63,975 nucleotides of DNA, filler included, from Vicugna vicugna (GCA_013265495.1; 78 parts of 78 records of this genome joined end to end with filler, not necessarily neighbours in it); one strand, 5' to 3'; shown: positions 49,263 through 61,848, numbered from the whole stretch's first letter. The notes: generated by a model not told the origin, from the sequence alone. Numbers and translations are program-made.

Positions 49263-50022
49263 TGTTGTCTGGTCTATCTCGAATTGCTGGTGTTGCCTTT
49301 GTTGTGAAGAAGCCCCCATACTATTTCGATAAGGATAACCTCATTTTGATTACGCTTATCTCACAAATCTGAAAGAGCACAGGACACTTCCTCTTTTGGA
49401 AATGGAGCTTCTAAAATTTCTCAGATCTGCATTGCACTCTATTTTATTTTGGAGTGTTTCCAGAAGAGCAGAGTGTGAGTGAACTTGTGCTTTGTAGTGC
49501 AATGGGGATGTCCCACTGAAACCAGTTCTTCCAAGAGCTTCTCTGTCTACAGAAACACCAGTGGAAGCATATCTATGGATGTCACACATCAGGGCCTGCC
49601 TGAATGATCCCGCAGCCCGAACTTGGTGTCCTCGCTGCCGAACCTGCCGATGGCATCCAAAATGTAGCATCCACATTTGAGAGATAAACTGACGGATATC
49701 CTTCCTCTTCTCACGCTGTGGTCTTGGACCACACTTCCTTGTCCTCTCATTCTTGTGGCACGGTTGCACGAAGGCAACTAAAGAGCTGTTGCACATCCTG
49801 TGCCTCAAACCAAACCATAATCACAGCCCAGGTTATGAATGTAGCAGATCGTAAGGCTTTTCATTCTGAATTCAAACCCAAGGCCCCCTGGATCCTCAGA
49901 CCCGATGCACAATATCTCTGATTCAGCCCCACACATGCTCTATTGGCAAAATGCCAAATTGGTCTCTGGTCTTTCAAATGCACTGGGTGTGGCCATGGGA
50001 CATATCGATAAATTCAACTGCG
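49263..50022. repeat. Unclassified multicopy sequence, family F (second copy)
   Basis: Reverse complement of 42721-43470, visibly diverged. Confidence 0.82.
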
Positions 50023-50122
50023 NNNNNNNNNNNNNNNNNNNNNNNNNNNNNNNNNNNNNNNNNNNNTTAATTAATTAANNNNNNNNNNNNNNNNNNNNNN
50101 NNNNNNNNNNNNNNNNNNNNNN

Positions 50123-51314
50123 CAGCGCGTGGGTTCTAACGGAAAGCCTAAGCTCATCTCCCCTGGGCGTTTTCCTAATTTCTCTGTGCCAGGGAATCCT
50201 AGGGGTTTTGCAGGATATCCCAGTGACAGAGGCTGCCTCCCCAAGTTCAGGGAAGGTATTTCTCGGACTTCCCCGAACAGGGAACACCTGTGACTGAAGA
50301 GAGCTGCGTGGAGTTGTCTCTCGAGCTCCCCCACGCACTGAGAATGGTTCCGGAATCCTGANNNNNNNNNNNNNNNNNNNNNNNNNNNNNNNNNNNNNNN
50401 NNNNNNNNNNNNNNNNNNNNNNNNNNNNNNNNNNNNNNNNNNNNNNNNNNNNNNNNNNNNNNNNNNNNNNNNNNNNNNNNNNNNNNNNNNNNNNNNNNNN
50501 NNNNNNNNNNNNNNNNNNNNNNNNNNNNNNNNNNNNNNNNNNNNNNNNNNNNNNNNNNNNNNNNNNNNNNNNNNNNNNNNNNNNNNNNNNNNNNNNNNNN
50601 NNNNNNNNNNNNNNNNNNNNNNNNNNNNNNNNNNNNNNNNNNNNNNNNNNNNNNNNNNNNNNNNNNNNNNNNNNNNNNNNNNNNNNNNNNNNNNNNNNNN
50701 NNNNNNNNNNNNNNNNNNNNNNNNNNNNNNNNNNNNNNNNNNNNNNNNNNNNNNNNNNNNNNNNNNNNNNNNNNNNNNNNNNNNNNNNNNNNNNNNNNNN
50801 NNNNNNNNNNNNNNNNNNNNNNNNNNNNNNNNNNNNNNNNNNNNNNNNNNNNNNNNNNNNNNNNNNNNNNNNNNNNNNNNNNNNNNNNNNNNNNNNNNNN
50901 NNNNNNNNNNNNNNNNNNNNNNNNNNNNNNNNNNNNNNNNNNNNNNNNNNNNNNNNNNNNNNNNNNNNNNNNNNNNNNNNNNNNNNNNNNNNNNNNNNNN
51001 NNNNNNNNNNNNNNNNNNNNNNNNNNNNNNNNNNNNNNNNNNNNNNNNNNNNNNNNNNNNNNNNNNNNNNNNNNNNNNNNNNNTAGAGCTGCGTTGTCTC
51101 TCGAGCTCCCCCACGCACTGAGAATGGTTCCGGTATCATGAGCGTGGGGAGGTTCCAGCAACGGTCGGCAGAGCGTGAGTTCTAACGGAAAGCCTAAGCT
51201 CGCCTCCCCTGTGGTTTTTCCTAATATCTCTGTGCCAGGGATAGCTAGGGGGGTTTGCAGGATATTCCGGTGACAGTGGCTGCCTCCCCAAGGTCAGGTA
51301 AGGTATTTCTCGGA
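50123..51314. repeat. SatA satellite, gapped
   Basis: Matches 5277-6735. Confidence 0.94.
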
Positions 51315-51414
51315 NNNNNNNNNNNNNNNNNNNNNNNNNNNNNNNNNNNNNNNNNNNNTTAATTAATTAANNNNNNNNNNNNNNNNNNNNNNNNNNNNNN
51401 NNNNNNNNNNNNNN

Positions 51415-51879
51415 GAAAAAAAGGCAGTCTGTTCAACAAGTAGTTCTGGGAAAACTGGAAATTACATGTAAAAGTTAGATGTAAGAGCACTTCCTTCCAT
51501 AGTATACAAAATAAAATAAAAATGGATTAATTTCCTAAATGTAAAACCTGAAACTATACAATTTCTGAACAAGAAAAGGAGCAGAACTGCCTTTGTAATA
51601 AATCATAGCAATATTTATTTTTGATGTATCTCCTAAGTAAAAAAATAGGAAAATTAACAATAACAGTTTTTAATTATACTGAGGGAAAAATTGTTGTATT
51701 ATGTGATACAGTGATTCCACTTCTTGTATAAGTGTGAAATGCAAAACCATTTGCAGAGCAAAGGAAACCTTCAGCAAAACTTATGACAACACATAGAATA
51801 GAAGGAAGAGTTTCAAACTATGAAACCAATAAGGTATTAATATCCATAATGTATATATAGCATATTAGACTCATTATTT
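51415..51879 (+). mobile_element. Decayed LINE-1 ORF2 3' region
   Basis: cagtctgttcaacaagtagttctgggaaaactgg, aaaatggatta..cctaaatgtaaaacctgaaactata and gcagagcaaaggaaacc. Confidence 0.82.
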
Positions 51880-52069
51880 NNNNNNNNNNNNNNNNNNNNN
51901 NNNNNNNNNNNNNNNNNNNNNNNTTAATTAATTAANNNNNNNNNNNNNNNNNNNNNNNNNNNNNNNNNNNNNNNNNNNNTGGACACCAAATAGCCTCCTT
52001 CTTCCATCTTTGTTTTTCTACAATCTCATCCACACAGAGTCAGAGGGAGCCTATTAAAGCATACATTGA

Positions 52070-52188
52070 GGGGGTCGGTGTAGCTCAGTGATAGAGCCCA
52101 TGCTTAGCATGCATTAGATCCTGGGTTCAAACCACAGCACCTTCACGAAAATAAATAAATTACCCTCCCCTCCAAAAACACCAAAGCA
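52070..52188 (+). mobile_element. tRNA-Ala-derived SINE with a 13-bp target-site duplication (TSD), inside a probable L2 relic (~51980-52660)
   Basis: gtagctcagtgatagagcccatgcttagcatgca...ctgggttcaaa; flanks aaagcatacattg (52056-52068) and aaagcataaattg (52189-52201); L2-like tail gctgaatgaatg near 52650. Confidence 0.88.
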
Positions 52189-52951
52189 AAAGCATAAATT
52201 GGACATCACCCATCCCATCAAAACTCACTAAAAGGGTCACAATTTCATTAGGATCCAAAATCGTCCCAAAGTCTTCCAGGACACGGCGTGCTCTGCCTCT
52301 CCGCCCACACTCTCCCCCTCAATCTGGGGGCCTCTGGCTCCGGCTCTTCCTTCTTCCTCCGGATCTATGCTGCTTCAAGTTCATTACTCCGTGAGATCTG
52401 CCAGGATTGCCTTGTTCCCTCCTGTCTGCCTCGCACCCCACCGCCATCACCTGAGTTTGCTCATATCACTCGTATTTTTCCCCAAGCTCTTGCTACCCCC
52501 AACATACTGCCTGTTTCCTCTGCTAAAACTCTGAGCCCCCAGTGATAATGGGGTGTCGTGTCTATTTTGTTGACTAACAAAGCCCAAGAGCCTTGGGAAC
52601 GGGTCTAGTTACTAGATTCCCATACGTAGTAGGAGCTTATACAGATTTGCTGAATGAATGCAGAGGTCCTGGTCCAATCCGATGGAGCACTTCTGTATCC
52701 TGCTCAAAGAATAACTCTCCTTTCCCCTTGAGAGGGGGTGACCACTTCCTTGGTGATCAAAGGCAAGGTCTATTTTCTGTATGCTGTTAACCTTAGGCGG
52801 AGAGAATGGGGGATCTTCATTTATATTTTAAAATTTGATTCACTCTGCAGTNNNNNNNNNNNNNNNNNNNNNNNNNNNNNNNNNNNNNNNNNNNNTTAAT
52901 TAATTAANNNNNNNNNNNNNNNNNNNNNNNNNNNNNNNNNNNNNNNNNNNN

Positions 52952-53472
52952 TTACATGTAAACACAAAATTGTTGAAATCACTAAGACAAATAACAAAAG
53001 AAAAAAACAAATCATAAATACAAATTTATTTTACAAACAACAAAGAGGATGTATCACTTTCCCTGATTTAAAACTATAATACAAAGCTACAGTAATAAAA
53101 AGAATTTGGTAGTGGCACAGAACAAAGGGAATAATGGCACACAAAGAATGCCTAAAAATGAAATCAGACAGTTATGGTCATTTAGACCATTACAAAAAAT
53201 GAATATACAGTGGGGAAAAGGTAACCAACAGGCATATGAAACCGGTCAACATCACTAATCATCAGAAGAATGCAAGTCCAAAACACAATGAGAGTTTATG
53301 TCAGCCCTGTCAGAAAGAATACATAATAAAAAAGATAATAAATATAAGTGTTGGTGAGGATGTAAGAAAAACAACCCTTAGGCACTGCTGGAGTGAATGT
53401 ATATTTGTGCTGCCACTGTGGAAAACGGTATGCAGTTTTCTCTAAAAATTAAAAATGAAATATAATCCAACA
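52952..53472 (+). mobile_element. Decayed LINE-1 ORF2 3' region with an internal deletion
   Basis: tccctgatttaaaactataatacaaagctacagtaat...cagtggggaaaag, joined to ccaacaggcatatgaaa...ccactgtggaaaac. Confidence 0.82.
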
Positions 53473-54124
53473 NNNNNNNNNNNNNNNNNNNNNNNNNNNN
53501 NNNNNNNNNNNNNNNNTTAATTAATTAANNNNNNNNNNNNNNNNNNNNNNNNNNNNNNNNNNNNNNNNNNNNATGCAATTGTGTAGAGCCAAGATTCTAA
53601 AGTTTTCACTTAACCAAACCCTAGAAATCTACTCTAGATACCTGAAATTACCTGACCAATAGAGATGAAGAAATACAGTAAAAGGAAAAGGAAGTACCAT
53701 TTTCAGTTCCAAAGAGATTGAAGGCCCTAAAGATAAGCTTTCAGACAACTAGACTGCAAAACGCNNNNNNNNNNNNNNNNNNNNNNNNNNNNNNNNNNNN
53801 NNNNNNNNNNNNNNNNNNNNNNNNNNNNNNNNNNNNNNNNNNNNNNNNNNNNNNNNNNNNNNNNNNNNNNNNNNNNNNNNNNNNNNNNNNNNNNNNTATG
53901 ATCAGAACTCAGTGGATGAGAAAATATCAGGGCTAGCATTCCGACCTAAGCAGACGAGGTATTGAAGAGGGACGCGTGAATGACTTTGAAGACAGGGGAT
54001 CAGAAATCCCNNNNNNNNNNNNNNNNNNNNNNNNNNNNNNNNNNNNNNNNNNNNTTAATTAATTAANNNNNNNNNNNNNNNNNNNNNNNNNNNNNNNNNN
54101 NNNNNNNNNNAAAAATTTTAATCA

Positions 54125-54232
54125 TTTACATTTACACATAGGGTTGTTCGAGGATCTAAAGAAATAAATGTACGTAAAAGAATCAGAACAGTGACTGGAA
54201 AAGTAAGAATGAAATAAACATTGTTCATCACT
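54125..54232 (+). mobile_element. MIR 3' fragment
   Basis: catagggttgttcgaggat.taaa...tgtacgtaaaag...agaacagtgactgg. Confidence 0.6.
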
Positions 54233-54616
54233 AAAATTCATAATTAACATGTCAGTGATTCTTAGAGGTGTTTCAAGGGAATTTCGTGACTTATTTTATA
54301 CATTTTATCCTTAACTCTCTTAAGAACCCATCCTCCTAAAATTTCCTTAAGTTTCATACTGGCTGTCTTACTAAATATTTTTTGAATTTCAAAGTTATCA
54401 ACTATCTTATTGGCTTCAAGTTGCTTCTATATGGACACATGAACCTAAATCATATTGGATATAAAAGGATCACAGAAAGTCATTTCTGGGTTTATTTTGA
54501 TAGCATCCAAGCTAAATATCGGCTCCATTATTTTTAGGGAATATACAATCACAGTGTTTTTTTTTCATTTCAGGATAACTTGATAGCTTCTAAAATATTT
54601 TCACCTGCATCATCTC

Positions 54617-54986
54617 ATTTTATTTTTTTAACATTTTTATTGATTTATAATCATTTTACAATGTTGTGTCAAATTCCAGTGTTCAGCACAATTTTTCAGT
54701 CATTCATGGACATATACACACTCATTGTCACATTTTTTCTCTGTGAGTTATCATAATATTTTGTGTATATTTCCCTGTGCTATACAGTGTAATCTTGTTT
54801 ATCTATTCTACAATTTTGAAATCCCAGTCTATCCCTTCCCACACCACCCCCCTGGTAACCACAAGTCTGTATTCTCTGTCTGTGAGTCTATTTCTGTCCT
54901 GTATTTAGGGTTTGTTTTTGTTTGTTTGTTTCTGTTTTTGCTTTTGTTTTTGTTTTTTAGATTCCACATATGAACGATCTCATATG
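54617..54986 (-). mobile_element. Young LINE-1 3' end (camelid-type)
   Basis: Poly-T, then aacatttttattgatttataatcattttacaatgttgtgtc...atttccctgtgctatacag...ggtaaccacaagtctg...ttttagattccacatatga. Confidence 0.9.
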
Positions 54987-55086
54987 NNNNNNNNNNNNNN
55001 NNNNNNNNNNNNNNNNNNNNNNNNNNNNNNTTAATTAATTAANNNNNNNNNNNNNNNNNNNNNNNNNNNNNNNNNNNNNNNNNNNN

Positions 55087-56160
55087 TGTAATTTACATTG
55101 TTTACATAACCATGGCATTCCATATTACGAATATGATTCATGCAACCCGGATTCCTCAAACTTGAATTTCTGAGTTGTGAACATGGGCCTGACTGATGTT
55201 TCAAACACCAAACAAGTTACCTATGCACTTTGATATATTTATTTTTACTTCGTAGTTTCTGCCTATCACCATTTTCAAGAATCACACTTTGATCCCAAAA
55301 AAACACTCTTGGAGCGAATTCTACCCCAGAGATATGTAATTTGAATAGATTACATCTACATAATATTCCATTTTCCGTACATGCTACATACATGACGNNN
55401 NNNNNNNNNNNNNNNNNNNNNNNNNNNNNNNNNNNNNNNNNNNNNNNNNNNNNNNNNNNNNNNNNNNNNNNNNNNNNNNNNNNNNNNNNNNNNNNNNNNN
55501 NNNNNNNNNNNNNNNNNNNNNNNNNNNNNNNNNNNNNNNNNNNNNNNNNNNNNNNNNNNNNNNNNNNNNNNNNNNNNNNNNNNNNNNNNNNNNNNNNNNN
55601 NNNNNNNNNNNNNNNNNNNNNNNNNNNNNNNNNNNNNNNNNNNNNNNNNNNNNNNNNNNNNNNNNNNNNNNNNNNNNNNNNNNNNNNNNNNNNNNNNNNN
55701 NNNNNNNNNNNNNNNNNNNNNNNNNNNNNNNNNNNNNNNNNNNNNNNNNNNNNNNNNNNNNNNNNNNNNNNNNNNNNNNNNNNNNNNNNNNNNNNNNNNN
55801 NNNNNNNNNNNNNNNNNNNNNNNNNNNNNNNNNNNNNNNNNNNNNNNNNNNNNNNNNNNNNNNNNNNNNNNNNNNNNNNNNNNNNNNNNNNNNNNNNNNN
55901 NNNNNNNNNNNNNNNNNNNNNNNNNNNNNNNNNNNNNNNNNNNNNNNNNNNNNNNNNNNNNNNNNNNNNNNNNNNNNNNNNNNNNNNNNNNNNNNNNNNN
56001 NNNNNNNNNNNNNNNNNNNNNNNNNNNNNNNNNNNNNNNNNNNGTTCCAAGAAATTTGATCCCAGAAAAACCCTCTTGGAGAGAATACTAACCTAGAGGT
56101 TTGTAATTTGAACACCTTCCATCTACATGATATTCCGTGTTCATTACATGCTACATACAT
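55087..56160. repeat. SatB satellite, gapped
   Basis: Reverse-complement match to SatB monomers 3 and 2. Confidence 0.92.
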
Positions 56161-56260
56161 NNNNNNNNNNNNNNNNNNNNNNNNNNNNNNNNNNNNNNNN
56201 NNNNTTAATTAATTAANNNNNNNNNNNNNNNNNNNNNNNNNNNNNNNNNNNNNNNNNNNN

Positions 56261-56742
56261 TTTAAAAACAGAAAAAAAGGATTCTGTAACAATTACTTAA
56301 TATTTCCAATTTTAAAGTACAGGTTACAAAGTGAGTATTTACAAACTGATTCTGCCTTCCTAGGTGTCAGTTTTAACAGTTACAAAATATAATAGCAAAA
56401 AATTCTCACTTACAAAATTAACAAAAACATCAACAATTATCTGGAATACACCCAGAAACAATGCCCATGTTGTACATGGAGAAAGTACAGGACTGTACTG
56501 CGGGGTAAAGAAAGATGTGTGAATTTAGAGACATCAACATATTTTATGGAGGAAAGCAGTTTTGTAAAGATGTACGTTCTCCTAAAGATAATTCAAAACT
56601 TACTAAAATATCCTATGATAACATATGATAACCCATTTTTTTAGCTTGAAAAAAGTATTTTAGAATTCTTCAGGAATAATAAAGTCATAATACTGGCCAA
56701 GAAAATTAGGGATGGAAGAAAGAATCAAAAAAAATCACACTG
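56261..56742 (+). mobile_element. Very old LINE-1 ORF2 fragment
   Basis: caggttacaaa, tttgtaaagatgt.cgttctccctaaa-like and ttttagaattcttcaggaataataaa motifs in L1 order. Confidence 0.6.
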
Positions 56743-57982
56743 NNNNNNNNNNNNNNNNNNNNNNNNNNNNNNNNNNNNNNNNNNNNTTAATTAATTAANN
56801 NNNNNNNNNNNNNNNNNNNNNNNNNNNNNNNNNNNNNNNNNNCATAATCTAATGAATCTTATCTTCTAAAAATTATTTCATTATTTTCAGGAGCTGGAAA
56901 TGGCTCAGGCGGACAGATTTCATTATAGGGAAGTTACAGATTGCTGTTTTTCTGCAGAGCAGCTTTAAAATAATCTTTTAAATTTTGCAGTAGTTTCAGA
57001 CTTGAGAAAAAGAGGAAAGTACAGACAGTTCCCCCGTCTCCCACACCTAGTTTCCCCTAATGTAAANNNNNNNNNNNNNNNNNNNNNNNNNNNNNNNNNN
57101 NNNNNNNNNNNNNNNNNNNNNNNNNNNNNNNNNNNNNNNNNNNNNNNNNNNNNNNNNNNNNNNNNNNNNNNNNNNNNNNNNNNNNNNNNNNNNNNNNNNN
57201 NNNNNNNNNNNNNNNNNNNNNNNNNNNNNNNNNNNNNNNNNNNNNNNNNNNNNNNNNNNNNNNNNNNNNNNNNNNNNNNNNNNNNNNNNNNNNNNNNNNN
57301 NNNNNNNNNNNNNNNNNNNNNNNNNNNNNNNNNNNNNNNNNNNNNNNNNNNNNNNNNNNNNNNNNNNNNNNNNNNNNNNNNNNNNNNNNNNNNNNNNNNN
57401 NNNNNNNNNNNNNNNNNNNNNNNNNNNNNNNNNNNNNNNNNNNNNNNNNNNNNNNNNNNNNNNNNNNNNNNNNNNNNNNNNNNNNNNNNNNNNNNNNNNN
57501 NNNNNNNNNNNNNNNNNNNNNNNNNNNNNNNNNNNNNNNNNNNNNNNNNNNNNNNNNNNNNNNNNNNNNNNNNNNNNNNNNNNNNNNNNNNNNNNNNNNN
57601 NNNNNNNNNNNNNNNNNNNNNNNNNNNNNNNNNNNNNCCAGGCAGGGCAGCCTCACAAGGGGAGGATGGCACTTCTGGCTCGGTCTAGATTCACACGCGC
57701 TATAAAAATCCTACCCAGAGGCTAAATTAGCACTGAGATGAAAATCCATCTGTCACCCTGGATGTGGCTCAGCTCATTCCACACACATACAAGCTCTAAC
57801 TGTGATGGGCAAGGCCATAGCCCCAGTTACTCAATCCAACTCGAATCTGCATGTTGCTGGGAAGGTGTCTAGATGTGGTGAANNNNNNNNNNNNNNNNNN
57901 NNNNNNNNNNNNNNNNNNNNNNNNNNTTAATTAATTAANNNNNNNNNNNNNNNNNNNNNNNNNNNNNNNNNNNNNNNNNNNN

Positions 57983-58464
57983 ATGGAAAGCCGAACACAG
58001 AATTTAGAAAATAAAATACAGAATACTTAATATAGAATTTAGACCAGAGAATGCGGAACACAGAATATAGAATATATAATACAGAATACTGAATATAGAA
58101 TTTAGAACATAGAATGCGGAACATAGAATTTACAATATAAAATACAGAATACTCAATATAGAATTTAGAACATGGAATGCAGAACTCAGAATTTACAATA
58201 TACAATACAGAATACTGCATATAGATTTTAGAACATGGAACGCAGAACCCAGAATATAGAATATAGAATACGGAAAAAATAGAATTGATAGAATGTATAA
58301 CACAGAATATACAATATAAATACGGAATGCAGAATATAGAATGTAGAATATAGAATTATGAACACAACATATACAATATATATGAAAGAGAATATAGAAA
58401 CCAGAATTAAGAAATGGATTCAGAAAACAGAATTAAGAATATAGAATACAGAATACTGAATATA
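57983..58464. repeat. SatD satellite
   Basis: Collinear with 45251-45600, including the same variant heptamers. Confidence 0.93.
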
Positions 58465-58564
58465 NNNNNNNNNNNNNNNNNNNNNNNNNNNNNNNNNNNN
58501 NNNNNNNNTTAATTAATTAANNNNNNNNNNNNNNNNNNNNNNNNNNNNNNNNNNNNNNNNNNNN

Positions 58565-59050
58565 AATTTCTGACAATCTGAAATGTTACTGCCATCCACC
58601 AATCAGAGTAGGCTGCTGGAGGTCAGGCAATCAATGGAATTTTAGCTCAGGTCCATCTCACACTAGAACTATTCGTTCCAAAATGTATCCTGTGGCTTAT
58701 AACCCCTGCTTCCAATGCATAATTGAAATATCTATACTCAACCAATGGCAGAATTCCCATATAAGAGGCCTGACCCATGGAATGAGAGCTATTATGGTAA
58801 GAAGAACTTGCTTCAGTCTCCAAAAAGAGAGACACATCACCTGGTAGGACTCTAGACTGGTGAGGCAGCTTTGGATTTGGGGTATGCTAGTCTGGTCCAT
58901 TCACAACCAGGTGATTTGGAAAAACAGCAAGTTCTGAACTGAACCAGAACAAGAGAAGATTCTACAAGTTCAGGCCTCTGCAGAAATGACTCAGCCACTT
59001 GGACCGTATGACCCAGCAGATCCAATGGTGCTTTAATGTCAGATGGGGAT
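58565..59050 (+). mobile_element. ERVL internal (pro-pol) relic
   Basis: ggaggtcaggcaatcaatggaattttagctcaggtc, aatgcataattg...tggcagaattccca, and ccacttggaccgtatgacccagcagatccaatggtgctt (PLGPYDPADPMVL) match ERVL pro/pol. Confidence 0.85.
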
Positions 59051-59150
59051 NNNNNNNNNNNNNNNNNNNNNNNNNNNNNNNNNNNNNNNNNNNNTTAATT
59101 AATTAANNNNNNNNNNNNNNNNNNNNNNNNNNNNNNNNNNNNNNNNNNNN

Positions 59151-59667
59151 GGTGAAGGACGGCTTTCACACATGCTTAATTCTGAAAACTGAGCATGTGG
59201 AGAGACATTCGTTCAATTAGCACAAAGGGAACAGGTTGCAGGAGAAACACTAACGCTGGNNNNNNNNNNNNNNNNNNNNNNNNNNNNNNNNNNNNNNNNN
59301 NNNNNNNNNNNNNNNNNNNNNNNNNNNNNNNNNNNNNNNNNNNNNNNNNNNNNNNNNNNNNNNNNNNNNNNNNNNNNNNNNNNNNNNNNNNNNNNNNNNN
59401 NNNNNAAGGCCCGCTTTCACACACGCTTAACTCTCAAAACTGAGCATGTGGAGAGACGTTCGTTCATCTAGCACAAATGGAACAGGTTGCAGGAGAAACT
59501 CTTTCACTGGTTTCTCAGACTGTTTCCTAGTGCAGGTTTGATGTTCCTGCAGTTTTCACTGTAAATCCGAGTTGGAGCTTGTACCTCCCAATACAAAAGT
59601 ATGGAGTGGTGTCAGCAACTGGAGAGAAACTTTGTGTTCCCAACAAGCTAGGGGAAGGAAGGCTTTC
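59151..59667. repeat. SatG tandem array; monomer 249 bp
   Basis: gctttc ends at 59418 and 59667 in ungapped sequence; a third copy ends at 59167. Confidence 0.9.
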
Positions 59668-60324
59668 NNNNNNNNNNNNNNNNNNNNNNNNNNNNNNNNN
59701 NNNNNNNNNNNTTAATTAATTAANNNNNNNNNNNNNNNNNNNNNNNNNNNNNNNNNNNNNNNNNNNNGGTGGACGTCAGCTGCAACAGACACAGAGTCAG
59801 CTATTTACTGCCGCCATGGGTTAAAAGTAAAGGGCGGGGCAGGGAGTCCTGCACGGCTGCTGAGGCAAACCACAGACCCGGCTCTGAATGCCCACTGGCT
59901 GAAGCAGAGAGGAAGCTACGGTCCCCTTTAGCAGTCCCTGTGTCCACCAGATCCAGGTGAGCCAGCTACTTAGGAGAAGGCCATGTAGTCCTGATACTCA
60001 GAAGAACCAGCCTCGGAAAGGGAAAAAAAATAGTGGCATGGATTTTAGACCTAATAGACCCAATTCTGCCCCTTTATAAAGGCAAAGTAAAGTAAATGGC
60101 ACGGGGAGTTGAATGCAAAAAAGAAAAATTATATAACAAAATTATGACTGCTTCCACCAACAGCGTCCCCTGCAGCTGTTCACCCCCGGGCCTGCCACTT
60201 CCTCACCAGTGACCGCCGGCCAGGNNNNNNNNNNNNNNNNNNNNNNNNNNNNNNNNNNNNNNNNNNNNTTAATTAATTAANNNNNNNNNNNNNNNNNNNN
60301 NNNNNNNNNNNNNNNNNNNNNNNN

Positions 60325-61177
60325 GTAGAACACAGAATATGGAATGTAGAATAGAGTATACAACCCTTACTATAGAACATGGAATGCAAAAACACAATTT
60401 AGAATATAGAAAACAGAATACTGAATATAGAATTTAGAATATAGAATGCAGTCCCCAGAATATACAATATAGATACAGAAAGCAGAATGTAGAATACAGA
60501 ATATAGAATGTAGAAAACAGAATATAGAATATGGAAAACAGAATACAGAACCCAGAATTTAGAACATAACATGCAGAACACAGAATTTAGAATATAGAAT
60601 ACAGAATANNNNNNNNNNNNNNNNNNNNNNNNNNNNNNNNNNNNNNNNNNNNNNNNNNNNNNNNNNNNNNNNNNNNNNNNNNNNNNNNNNNNNNNNNNNN
60701 NNNNNNNNNNNNNNNNNNNNNNNNNNNNNNNNNNNNNNNNNNNNNNNNNNNNNNNNNNNNNNNNNNNNNNNNNNNNNNNNNNNNNNNNNNNNNNNNNNNN
60801 NNNNNNNNNNNNNNNNNNNNNNNNNNNNNNNNNNNNNNNNNNNNNNNNNNNNNNNNNNNNNNNNNNNNNNNNNNNNNNNNNNNNNNNNNNNNNNNNNNNN
60901 NNNNNNNNNNNNNNNNNNNNNNNNNNNNNNNNNNNNNNNNNNNNNNNNNNNNNNNNNNNNNNNNNNNNNNNNNNNNNNNNNNNNNNNNNNNNNNNNNNNN
61001 NNNNNNNNNNNNNNNNNNNNNNNNNNNNNNNNNNNNNNNNNNNNNNNNNNNNNNNNNNNNNNNNNNNNNNNNNNNNNNNNNNNNNNNACAGAATACTTAG
61101 ATTTTAGAACATGGAATGCAGAAACCAGAACATAGAATATAGAATACGGAATACTGAATATAGAATTAAGAATATAG
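60325..61177. repeat. SatD satellite, gapped
   Basis: AGAAT-core heptamers. Confidence 0.92.
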
Positions 61178-61277
61178 NNNNNNNNNNNNNNNNNNNNNNN
61201 NNNNNNNNNNNNNNNNNNNNNTTAATTAATTAANNNNNNNNNNNNNNNNNNNNNNNNNNNNNNNNNNNNNNNNNNNN

Positions 61278-61690
61278 ATTAAGGATTATTATGATTTCTT
61301 GGAGTAATCACACTTCTATCATTATGTTATGTCCATCTTTATCTCTATAACTTTCCTTGCTCTAAGTCGGCCCTGTCTGAAATTAATATAACTACTCTCA
61401 CTTTGTTTTCGATTAGTGTTAGCATGATATATCTTTCTCTGTCCCTTTACTTTTGATCTATGAGTTTTTATATTGAAAGGAGGGTTCTTGTAGAAAACAT
61501 ACAGTTGGGCCTTGGTTTTTGATCCATTCTGTTTTAATTGGTTTATTTAGATCATTGACATTTAAAGTGACTGATAACTGATATAGTTGGATTAATATCT
61601 ACCATATTTGTTACTGTTTCCTATTTGTTGCCCTTGTTCTTTCTTCCTATTTTTGTCTTCCATGCTTTTTTTTTTGCCTTCTGTGATTTT
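61278..61690 (-). mobile_element. Old LINE-1, start of ORF2 (endonuclease N-terminus)
   Basis: tgtctgaaattaatataactactc, tcttgtagaaaacatacagttggg and atttagatcattgacatttaaagtga. Confidence 0.8.
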
Positions 61691-61705
61691 CTTTTTATCT
61701 TTGTA

Positions 61706-61748
61706 TTTTTATTTATTTTTTAACATTTTTTATTGATTTATAATCATT
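61706..61748 (-). mobile_element. Young L1 3' terminus, truncated by the gap
   Basis: Nearly identical to 54620-54655. Confidence 0.75.
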
Positions 61749-61848
61749 NNNNNNNNNNNNNNNNNNNNNNNNNNNNNNNNNNNNNNNNNNNNTTAATTAA
61801 TTAANNNNNNNNNNNNNNNNNNNNNNNNNNNNNNNNNNNNNNNNNNNN

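Noticed and set aside
56884..56968. Possible terminal exon after ttattttcag (ELEMAQADRFHYREVTDCCFSAEQL*)
   Set aside because: Only an acceptor-like motif; the peptide is not recognised. It would need BLASTX or RNA-seq support.
59810..59842. Perfect Kozak GCCGCCATGG next to a GC box
   Set aside because: The frame is ATG-GGT-TAA and there is no CpG-island context; probably chance.
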